Below, one piece after another: positions 8,917 to 16,605 of a DNA stretch of 39,261 nt. Position numbers and translations under genes: made by a program. Below the pieces are notes generated by a model that was not told the origin of the DNA, did not search any database, and worked only from the letters and a program-made list of their open reading frames with translations. The DNA is from Bacillales bacterium (GTDB lineage: Bacteria > Bacillota_I > Bacilli_A > RF39 > UBA660). The stretch's first letter is position 1. Each line of letters starts with the position of its first letter. The DNA is taken from contig JAEEKO010000073.1 in NCBI GenBank assembly GCA_016282415.1, positions 1-39,261 on the forward strand, in the 5' to 3' direction.

Positions 8917-9745
8917 TATTATTCTATTACTAGTATTATGTTTCATTTTAGTGATCGGACTTGGGGGAATCTTAACAGTTGGTATTTATAATCGTGATTT
9001 CTTAAAAAAACACTTTGTTATAAATCCAGATAAAAGAGTATTATATGATGATTATCAACCAAGTAATAAAATTGTAGTTGATACTGATACTTATGACGTA
9101 AATTTCTATTATCATGATGATGACCGTATTAAAATCACTGTAAAAGGTGCAGAAGATGATAATGCGGATATTTATACTAAAGATGATACTTTAAATATTA
9201 ATGTTAAATCAAAAGATCGTATTGGTATATTTGTATTTAACTTTATTAATAATAAGATTGATATTTATTTACCAAGAAATTATGATTTACCAATTAACAT
9301 TGTAGCACGTACTGGTGATGTTAAATTTAAAGAAGAAAGTAATAGTGTCTTTAATATTAAATTAACTACTGGTGATATTTACTTAAGAAACGCTAAAGAT
9401 AGTGATTTAAAAGTAACTACTGGTGATATTACAATTACCGAATCATTTAATACCGGATCACTTAAAACTACTACTGGTGAAATAAATGTTAACAAAGCTA
9501 CTGGTAGAATTGATTTTAAAACTACGACTGGAGATATTACGGTTAAGAAAATTGATTTAACTGATAACTCTAATATTAAAGCAACTACTGGTGATGTTAA
9601 GATTGATAAAGTAAATGATATTTATATTACTGCGGATTCAAGTACTGGTGATGTTAAGATTAAACATACTAATCGTTTCAGTAATGTTGAATTAAATATT
9701 AAAACATCTACAGGTGATATAACTACTGGTCAGTTAGATGCATAA
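8897..9745 (+). CDS. DUF4097 (toast-rack beta-repeat) membrane-anchored protein
   Basis: N-terminal TM, about 8 repeats of [KR]xTTGD[IV]. Confidence 0.88.
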   Translation: MKTTKISIILLLVLCFILVIGLGGILTVGIYNRDFLKKHFVINPDKRVLYDDYQPSNKIVVDTDTYDVNFYYHDDDRIKITVKGAEDDNADIYTKDDTLNINVKSKDRIGIFVFNFINNKIDIYLPRNYDLPINIVARTGDVKFKEESNSVFNIKLTTGDIYLRNAKDSDLKVTTGDITITESFNTGSLKTTTGEINVNKATGRIDFKTTTGDITVKKIDLTDNSNIKATTGDVKIDKVNDIYITADSSTGDVKIKHTNRFSNVELNIKTSTGDITTGQLDA

Positions 9746-9792
9746 AAACAATACTTCTTTCTCAATATAAAAAAGAGAAAGGGGTATTTTTT
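9740..9792 (+). promoter_or_regulatory. sigmaG/F-type promoter overlapping an RBS-sequestering terminator hairpin
   Basis: GCATA-N18-CAATATA; 14-bp stem 9750-9763/9775-9788 then T-run. Confidence 0.65.
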
Positions 9793-10566
9793 TTGAACGC
9801 AAAAGTGAATATATGTGGAATTGATACTAATAATTTACCAACCCTTAGTCATGCTAAAACAATTGAATTGTTTCAAAAAATGCATAATGGTGATAAGAGG
9901 GCTCGTGAAGAATTGTTATATGCTAATTTAAAATTAGTATTGTCCATTCTAAAACGTTTTAATAAAGAAAGTTATAATATGGATGATTTATTTCAGCAGG
10001 GGGTTATTGGATTATTAAAAGCAATTGATAATTTTGATTTATCATATAATTTGAAGTTAAGTACTTATGCTGTGCCTTTAATTTTAGGAGAAATTAAACG
10101 TCATACCCGTGATGATTTCTTAGTACGAGTTAGTCGCGGTACCAAAGATTTAGCTTATAAAATTATTAAGTTTCAAGAAGATTATTTAAGTATTCATGGT
10201 ACTTATCCGGATTATGAAATAATTAGTAATGAGTTTGATATTCCAGAATATCGAATTCGTGAAGTGTTAGATAGTTTACAAAAACCCGTGAGTATTAATG
10301 AACCAATCTTTGATGATGGTGGTGATACCATCTACTTAGAGGATCAAATAAAAGATAATAAAGATTATTTAAAAGATAAAGATGGCTTAATTAGTTTAAA
10401 AAAAGCTTTAAGTCATGTTAAAGCTCGTGAAAAGAAGATTTTGTTAGAACGTTATATTTATGGTAAAACACAAGTTGAAATTGCTAATAATTTAGGAATT
10501 AGTCAAGCTCAGGTTTCAAGGTTAGAAAAGGGGGCAATTAAAACTTTAAAAAGAGTCTTAAAATAA
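9793..10566 (+). CDS. sigG: Sporulation sigma factor G
   Basis: KVNICGIDTNNLP N-terminus, DDLFQ.G.IGLLKAIDNFDL, STYAVP, GISQAQVSRLEK; TTG start; precedes ylmC. Confidence 0.93.
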   Translation: MNAKVNICGIDTNNLPTLSHAKTIELFQKMHNGDKRAREELLYANLKLVLSILKRFNKESYNMDDLFQQGVIGLLKAIDNFDLSYNLKLSTYAVPLILGEIKRHTRDDFLVRVSRGTKDLAYKIIKFQEDYLSIHGTYPDYEIISNEFDIPEYRIREVLDSLQKPVSINEPIFDDGGDTIYLEDQIKDNKDYLKDKDGLISLKKALSHVKAREKKILLERYIYGKTQVEIANNLGISQAQVSRLEKGAIKTLKRVLK

Positions 10567-10598
10567 TTTTTTTCAATATAATTATACTAGGTGGTTAC

Positions 10599-10823
10599 AT
10601 GCGTTTAATGGAATTACAAGAAAAAGATATTATTAGTGTTAAAACTGGTAAGAACCTGGGAAGAATAATTGATATTGAATTAAATGTTGAAGGGTTTATT
10701 ACCAGTGTAATAATTGAAGAGAGGGGATTCTTTCGTTTCTTTTTTCATGGTAATAATGAAATAAATATTAAAGTTAAAGATATTGTTAAAATAGGGGATG
10801 ATGTAATTTTAGTAAATGTGTGA
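10599..10823 (+). CDS. ylmC: YlmC/YmxH PRC-barrel sporulation protein
   Basis: ELQEKDII.VKTGKNLG.IIDIE, IVKIGDDVILV. Confidence 0.9.
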   Translation: MRLMELQEKDIISVKTGKNLGRIIDIELNVEGFITSVIIEERGFFRFFFHGNNEINIKVKDIVKIGDDVILVNV

Positions 10824-10846
10824 TAAAATAATAACTGGTGATATTA

Positions 10847-11320
10847 ATGAACAAAAAATTTGTTATTGCGATTGCTGCAATAGTTATGATTCTAGATCAA
10901 GTATCAAAATATATAATAGGATTATTTATTAAATCAAAAAGTTTAGTATTAATTAAAAAAGTTTTATATTTAACATACGTTAAGAATTATGGAGTTGCTT
11001 TTAATATGTTAAATAATAAACGTTTTGTTATCATTTTATTTAGTGTTATTTTATTAGCATTAATTTATAATTACATGAAAAACTTTAAAAATAATAAACG
11101 TAATATCATTGCCTTTGGATTAGTTTATGGGGGAATTGTTGGTAATTTGGTTGATCGTTTATTTTTAGGTTATGTTCGTGACTTTATTGATTTTAGAATT
11201 ATTAATTATCCGGTATTTAATATTGCGGATAGTGCGATTGTAATTGGTATTGTTTTATTAATAATTGCAATCTTTAAGAAAGAGGATTTGGAAAATGGAG
11301 TACAAAGTAGTAACAAGTGA
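10847..11320 (+). CDS. lspA: Signal peptidase II
   Basis: DQVSK, NYGVAF, GNLVDR, VRDFI, PVFNIADS. Confidence 0.96.
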   Translation: MNKKFVIAIAAIVMILDQVSKYIIGLFIKSKSLVLIKKVLYLTYVKNYGVAFNMLNNKRFVIILFSVILLALIYNYMKNFKNNKRNIIAFGLVYGGIVGNLVDRLFLGYVRDFIDFRIINYPVFNIADSAIVIGIVLLIIAIFKKEDLENGVQSSNK

Positions 11321-12197
11321 TAAAGTTAGATTAGATAAATATTTAACTAGTATAATTGATGAATCACGTAGTAGTATTATTAAACGTATTAAAGATGAAA
11401 AAGTTCTAGTTAATGGTAAAGTTGCTAAATCGTCTTTAGTTTTAAAAAACGATGATGTTATTGAATTACTTCCATATGAAGAACCAGGAATGGACGTAGT
11501 TCCAACCAAAATGGATTTAGATATTGTTTATGAAGATGACTACTTAATGGTTATTAATAAACCATCTGGATTAACGGTTCATCCTGGAGCGGGAAATTAT
11601 CAAAATACTTTAGTAAATGGTTTAATGTATTATACTAATAATTTAAGTAATGCTTCTGGTACGGATCGTTTAGGAATTGTGCATCGTATTGATAAAGATA
11701 CTAGTGGGTTAATGATAGTTTGTAAAGATAACAAAGTTCATGAACTATTAGCAGAAGGGTTTAAGAATAAAACTATTAAACGTGATTATTTAGCATTATT
11801 AGTTGGGGAGTTTCCACATGCTAGTGCAACTATCAATGCTCCAATTGGTAGAGATCCAAATAATCGTAAGATGTATACGGTTACTGATCAAAATAGTAAA
11901 GACGCAATTACCGAGATGGTTGTTGTTAAACGTTATATTGGTTATACTTTAGTACGTTGTAGTTTAAAGACTGGCCGTACGCATCAAATTAGAGTTCATA
12001 TGAAATATATTGGCTATCCATTATATAATGATCCAGTATATACTAATAAAAATGCTTCAGATTTTGGTCAATTCTTACATTCATGTCATCTTGAATTTAA
12101 TCATCCAGTAACTCATGAATTCTTAAGTTTTGATGCACCGTTACCTGAAGCGTTCCAATCATTTATTGATGGTTTAGAAGAAATTACCAAGCTTTAA
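11295..12197 (+). CDS. rluD: RluA/RluD-family pseudouridine synthase
   Basis: S4 domain, NKPSGLTVHP, GIVHRIDKDTSGL, TGRTHQIRVH. Confidence 0.93.
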   Translation: MEYKVVTSDKVRLDKYLTSIIDESRSSIIKRIKDEKVLVNGKVAKSSLVLKNDDVIELLPYEEPGMDVVPTKMDLDIVYEDDYLMVINKPSGLTVHPGAGNYQNTLVNGLMYYTNNLSNASGTDRLGIVHRIDKDTSGLMIVCKDNKVHELLAEGFKNKTIKRDYLALLVGEFPHASATINAPIGRDPNNRKMYTVTDQNSKDAITEMVVVKRYIGYTLVRCSLKTGRTHQIRVHMKYIGYPLYNDPVYTNKNASDFGQFLHSCHLEFNHPVTHEFLSFDAPLPEAFQSFIDGLEEITKL

Positions 12198-12396
12198 AAT
12201 AAAAGATGCTATTAAAAATAATAAAAATAATTAAAAATGTGGTTCCTAGTAATGAATCATGATAATAAAAATAATAAACATAACAAGTTAGTAAAGATAA
12301 AATACTACTGATAAAATAAAAGAATTGATTACGGTCAATTTTTTTAAATAGAATAAAGCTGTTGATAATAATGTATATGGTTGTCAGTATAATCAT
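12184..12396 (-). CDS. Small hydrophobic membrane protein, probably sigmaE-controlled
   Basis: AAGGTGA RBS; minus-strand GAATATT-N14-CATATAAT at 12413-12441. Confidence 0.55.
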   Translation of the reverse strand: MIILTTIYIIINSFILFKKIDRNQFFYFISSILSLLTCYVYYFYYHDSLLGTTFLIIFIIFNSIFYFKAW

Positions 12397-12456
12397 TATT
12401 TCACCTTTACTAATTATATGAAATTAATTATAATAATATTCGATGGAGGCGATAAA

Positions 12457-13602
12457 ATGGATAATATAAATATTACTAAAAGAGACGATATTTTACTTCG
12501 TTTATCGCATTATTTTATTACTCATGAAAACTATACGCCAATCGTTGTTAATGGGGTTAATGATGAAGTATGGTTATCTAATGAAGATGCACCATATCGT
12601 ATTATTCGTATATCAACTCATTATGTTCATAATAATGAACAATTTGATTTTGAATTATTTAAAATTAAAAATATTATGAAACAAATTAAAAGAAAAACAA
12701 TGTCATTTAAAATGAATACATTAAATATTGAATTAAACTTAGGTGAAGATGTTGTTTTAAAAGATGAAAAAAATATAAGTACGATTGCTATTAATAGCAT
12801 TAGTGCTATTAAAAAGAAAAAAGTTTTAACGGAAACGTTCCCAACTATTAAAGATAATTTAATGGAAGACTTAAAAGGGATGGATTTAATAATTAAGTCT
12901 ACTGATGATATTAATCATAAAAGTGAAAAAGAAAATAAGGTTTATGATGATATCTTTAAACCAAAAAAAGAAATTGTTACTAATTTCTTAATCGCTGCTA
13001 ATGTTATTGTATTTATTCTATTATATGTTTTTGGACATGGTTCAACTGATAGTGAAACTTTATTTAAGTTCGGTGCCAATTATAGTGAAGCAGTTAGGAG
13101 TGGCGAATACTACCGTTTAATTACTTCTGTATTCTTACATGCTGGTTTTATTCATCTATTAGTTAATATGTATTCTTTAAAAATAATTGGTGGTCAAATA
13201 GAAACTTATTTAGGAAAATGGCGTTATTTAGTAGTGTTTTTAATAAGTGGTATTAGTGGTTCATTATTATCATGTATTTTTTCTAATAGTTTATCAGTAG
13301 GAGCAAGTGGTGCGATTTTCGGATTACTTGGATCATTTATTTATTTTGGTTATCATCATCGTGTATTTTTCAATACCGTTTTAAAAAATCAAGTTATTCC
13401 AATAGTATTAGTTAACTTATTAATCGGATTTATTGTTCCGGGAATAGATAATGCTTGTCATATTGGTGGTTTAATAGGTGGATACCTTGCTACTAAAATG
13501 GTTGGTTTAAAAGGTAAAACTAAAGCTAGTGATCAAGTTCAAGGTATTATCTTATGTTTAATATACTTAGGTATGTTAGGATACTTTTTATTCTTTAGAT
13601 AG
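12457..13602 (+). CDS. gluP: Rhomboid intramembrane serine protease (GluP/YqgP-like)
   Basis: YYRLITSVFLH, HLLVNM, VGASGAIFG, HIGGLIGG; GGAGG RBS. Confidence 0.9.
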   Translation: MDNINITKRDDILLRLSHYFITHENYTPIVVNGVNDEVWLSNEDAPYRIIRISTHYVHNNEQFDFELFKIKNIMKQIKRKTMSFKMNTLNIELNLGEDVVLKDEKNISTIAINSISAIKKKKVLTETFPTIKDNLMEDLKGMDLIIKSTDDINHKSEKENKVYDDIFKPKKEIVTNFLIAANVIVFILLYVFGHGSTDSETLFKFGANYSEAVRSGEYYRLITSVFLHAGFIHLLVNMYSLKIIGGQIETYLGKWRYLVVFLISGISGSLLSCIFSNSLSVGASGAIFGLLGSFIYFGYHHRVFFNTVLKNQVIPIVLVNLLIGFIVPGIDNACHIGGLIGGYLATKMVGLKGKTKASDQVQGIILCLIYLGMLGYFLFFR

Positions 13603-13614
13603 GATGTTGATATT

Positions 13615-13965
13615 ATGAAGTTAGCAAAGAAGTATTTTTTATATTTAGTAAGATGGCAATTAAGTACGCCAATCTTAGCAATTGTATTAAAAATACTAGC
13701 GCATATGCATACGTTATGGGCAACAATTATTGCTAACTTAATTGGTGGTTTAATTTTCTTCTGGATTGATAAAATTATTTTTAAAAAGAAATCTGATGTT
13801 CCGCTATGGGAAATTGAAGAAAATGTTAAGTGTGCCGATTGTAAAAAAGTAGGTAAGGGTTATCGTATTGTGTCATGGGGTAATTATGATCGCAGTGAAG
13901 ATAAACATCCAGAATTTAGATGTAAAGAGTGTAGTATTAAAAAAATGAATACAATTAGTAAATAA
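13615..13965 (+). CDS. Two-TM protein with C-terminal CxxC-CxxC zinc ribbon
   Basis: Hydrophobic N-half; CADC and CKEC. Confidence 0.7.
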   Translation: MKLAKKYFLYLVRWQLSTPILAIVLKILAHMHTLWATIIANLIGGLIFFWIDKIIFKKKSDVPLWEIEENVKCADCKKVGKGYRIVSWGNYDRSEDKHPEFRCKECSIKKMNTISK

Positions 13966-13998
13966 AAAAGAATTATTGAAATTCAATAATTCTTTTTT
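13964..13998 (+). terminator. Intrinsic terminator
   Basis: AAAAAAGAATTATTG-AAATT-CAATAATTCTTTTTT. Confidence 0.8.
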
Positions 13999-14066
13999 AA
14001 TGGTTTGGATAATCATGATGATATTGTTTTAATAAAGCTATAAAAAAAGCATAAAGATTATGCTTT

Positions 14067-14894
14067 TTATCTGCTAAATTTTTTTTGATATTCTAGTATT
14101 AACGTTTGGGCTTCTTCTTTTTTACCATTAATAAAAGCATTTTCAAATTCTAGAGAGATTTCCTTTGCTTCATCACTGATTGTCAAATCTAAGCCATTGT
14201 TTTTTAATTGTTCAATATTTTTTTGTTTAGGGTCTTCATAAATTGGAGCTTTTGCGGTGGTGTAGTCCCAATTTCTTCTGATGTGCTCTTTGCCTTCAAT
14301 TAGATCGTAATCATTTTCAAAGTAACACTTGATACTGTCGCCTCTCTCATTTTTTATAAAATGTTTAGCAATAACTTCATCACTGTCTTTAGCAGCGTTA
14401 CTGTTTAAAAATGGACGTAAGGCATTAACACCTTTCATCATTGATTCTAATAATAATCTGGTTTTATCTTCTTTATTAAATGAACTGGAATTAATAACTT
14501 TTCCTTTCATATCAGAATAGTAAATGTAGGTTTCTGGCTTTTCATCTTCACAATATCCGTAGTAGCCGATACCGGTACATTTAAATGCAACATCGATTGG
14601 AAATTCATATTCTAATATTTTTAAACTCCAAAAATGTAAAAGATGAGTAAAACGTGGTGGGTAATAAAAAGCATGATGTGGAAAAAAGTAAAAAAATTTA
14701 CCATCTTCTAAAGCTTTTTTGCAGATGGTTGATGATGTATTACTTTTGTCCCATCTAGTTGAATCTTTTGAAATGTATCCGGCTAAGTTATAAATGCCCT
14801 CTGGACTGTTACCAATACCGGGGTGCGAAGTAAGCCCAATGTTTGGAACTGCTCGGTATAGTTTAATGGTTTTAACTTCTTCTTTTGCTTCCAT
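14067..14894 (-). CDS. Orphan protein, possible ADP-ribosyltransferase-like fold
   Basis: AAGGTGAT RBS, own terminator 14041-14069; LYR...FFY..HAFY...ILEYEFP...ETYI motif order. Confidence 0.6.
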   Translation of the reverse strand: MEAKEEVKTIKLYRAVPNIGLTSHPGIGNSPEGIYNLAGYISKDSTRWDKSNTSSTICKKALEDGKFFYFFPHHAFYYPPRFTHLLHFWSLKILEYEFPIDVAFKCTGIGYYGYCEDEKPETYIYYSDMKGKVINSSSFNKEDKTRLLLESMMKGVNALRPFLNSNAAKDSDEVIAKHFIKNERGDSIKCYFENDYDLIEGKEHIRRNWDYTTAKAPIYEDPKQKNIEQLKNNGLDLTISDEAKEISLEFENAFINGKKEEAQTLILEYQKKFSR

Positions 14895-14959
14895 ACAATC
14901 ACCTTTGTAATGAGGCTTATTATATATTATGGCAATAAAAAAAGCAATGTTAATTGCTT

Positions 14960-15580
14960 TTATAATTTACGATATAATCCGATAGCTTTACCTAAAATGG
15001 TAACGTTATCAAAATACATTGGTTCCATTGTATCGTTTTCTGGTTGTAAACGAATACAGGTTTTTTCTTGATAGAAAGTTTTTAAAGTAACTTCATTTTC
15101 ATTAACCATTGCAACTACAATATCACCATTGTTGCAAGTATTCTTTTGTTCAATGATAACAACATCACCATCATAGATTCCTTTGTTAATCATTGATTCA
15201 CCTTCGGCTTTTAAGGTAAATACTTTTTTATTACGTGGAATTAAACTGATTGGTAAACTAAAGAACTCATTTGGCGTTTCAATTGCTTCAATAGGACTAC
15301 CACAAGTAATTGTTCCAAGTAGAGGTACCTTAACAATATCTTCACTGGCACTGGCATATTCATTATCTACTAATAATTCAATAGTTCTAAACTTAGAGCC
15401 AGTTTTTTTAATGGCACCAGCATTTATTAATTTTTGTAAATGAACATGAACAGTAGCACTACTAGATAATCCTAAGGCAGCACCAATTTCACGAGTAGAA
15501 GGTGGAAAGCCATGCTCCGCAACATATTTTTTAATATAATCTAAAACTTGTTTTTGTTTTCCTGTCAAAGGTTTATTCAT
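14960..15580 (-). CDS. lexA: SOS repressor LexA
   Basis: GFPPSTREIG, SSSATVHVHL, VPLLGTITCG.P cleavage region, GESM, VTLK. Confidence 0.96.
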   Translation of the reverse strand: MNKPLTGKQKQVLDYIKKYVAEHGFPPSTREIGAALGLSSSATVHVHLQKLINAGAIKKTGSKFRTIELLVDNEYASASEDIVKVPLLGTITCGSPIEAIETPNEFFSLPISLIPRNKKVFTLKAEGESMINKGIYDGDVVIIEQKNTCNNGDIVVAMVNENEVTLKTFYQEKTCIRLQPENDTMEPMYFDNVTILGKAIGLYRKL

Positions 15581-15626
15581 TTTTGATTACCTCCAATTTT
15601 ATATTAACAAAAAAGTGTCAAATTGT

Positions 15627-15677
15627 CAAACAAATGTTTTAATTTTTCTTGATACAAATAATTGTTCGTGTTATATT
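15627..15677. promoter_or_regulatory. Two SOS (Cheo) boxes and divergent sigmaA promoters
   Basis: CAAACAAATGTTTT 15627-15640 and CAAATAATTGTTCG 15655-15668 versus CGAAC-N4-GTTCG; TTGATA-N17-TATATT on +. Confidence 0.7.
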
Positions 15678-15700
15678 GATAATGAAAGAGGTGAGATAAA

Positions 15701-15850
15701 ATGAATTTGAAAAAAAGAATTTACAATTTAGGAGGGATATTAATATTTTATCTCGTCCTCATAATTGGTGCTTATTTAATCGGATTACGTTTTAATCATT
15801 TAAATGTAGGTTCTAATTCAAATAACAATAATATTAATAATGTCAGATAA
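15701..15850 (+). CDS. 49-aa single-TM peptide, positional analog of YneA/SosA (not in ORF track)
   Basis: GAGGTGA RBS; MNLKKRIYNLGGILIFYLVLIIGAYLIGLRFNHLNVGSNSNNNNINNVR; hairpin 15836-15860 at its end. Confidence 0.7.
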   Translation: MNLKKRIYNLGGILIFYLVLIIGAYLIGLRFNHLNVGSNSNNNNINNVR

Positions 15851-15898
15851 TGACATTATTTTTATTTTGGCTATGAAATAATATACATGGTGATAAAA

Positions 15899-16318
15899 AT
15901 GTATAAATATTATTTATTTAATATTGACCAGGATTTAAAAAAGATTTTTCAAAATAATAACTACTATTTATTTGATACTTTAAAACATGTTTACAATACC
16001 AATTTAAAAAACTTGAATTATAATTATTTAATTTTAAATGATTTAGTTACCGAAATACCTAAATTACAAATGAACACCTATCTATTTGATAGTTATAAAG
16101 ATAATGATTATTATTTAAAATTTAAAGATCGTCATGTTATCAATAATGCTCTTGATCATGAAAGTACGGAACTGATTCTTAATAATTTGTTTATTAAAAT
16201 AACCACGTCTGCTGAAACCCCTTCTTTTTTAAAAGAAATTAGCGCGACTGGTAATTGGTTTGTATGTGATTTTAATAATTGTAATTATTTTTGGTTAAAG
16301 AATTATTGTAATTTATAA
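15899..16318 (+). CDS. sirA: Sporulation inhibitor of replication SirA (YneE)
   Basis: N-terminal YYLFNI, C-terminal FVCDF...YFWL; between lexA and yneF as in Bacillus. Confidence 0.75.
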   Translation: MYKYYLFNIDQDLKKIFQNNNYYLFDTLKHVYNTNLKNLNYNYLILNDLVTEIPKLQMNTYLFDSYKDNDYYLKFKDRHVINNALDHESTELILNNLFIKITTSAETPSFLKEISATGNWFVCDFNNCNYFWLKNYCNL

Positions 16319-16359
16319 TATTATTTAGTAAAATATAAAAGGAAATGGGAGGTAATATT

Positions 16360-16578
16360 ATGCCAAATTGGTTACATGATATATTATATATAATAATAGG
16401 TTTAATTCCTGGTATTATTCTTGGATTTTTAATTGCAAGAATTGTTATGAAAAAATATTTAAAGAAGAATCCTCCAATCAATGAAAAGATGATTGAAGTA
16501 ATGATGTCAGGTATGGGACGTAAACCAAGTCAAAAACAAGTTAAACAAATTATGAATCAAATGACTCGTTATATGTAA
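16360..16578 (+). CDS. yneF: YneF/UPF0154 protein
   Basis: GFLIAR..MKKYLKKNPPINEKMI..MM..MGRKPSQKQVKQIM. Confidence 0.93.
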   Translation: MPNWLHDILYIIIGLIPGIILGFLIARIVMKKYLKKNPPINEKMIEVMMSGMGRKPSQKQVKQIMNQMTRYM

Positions 16579-16605
16579 TTTGATAAAAGAATAAAAGGTG
16601 TTTAA

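Noticed and set aside
9300-9735. Periodic ACTACTGGTGAT repeats resembling an array
   Set aside because: They encode the TTGD beta-repeats of DUF4097; in-frame and degenerate, not CRISPR
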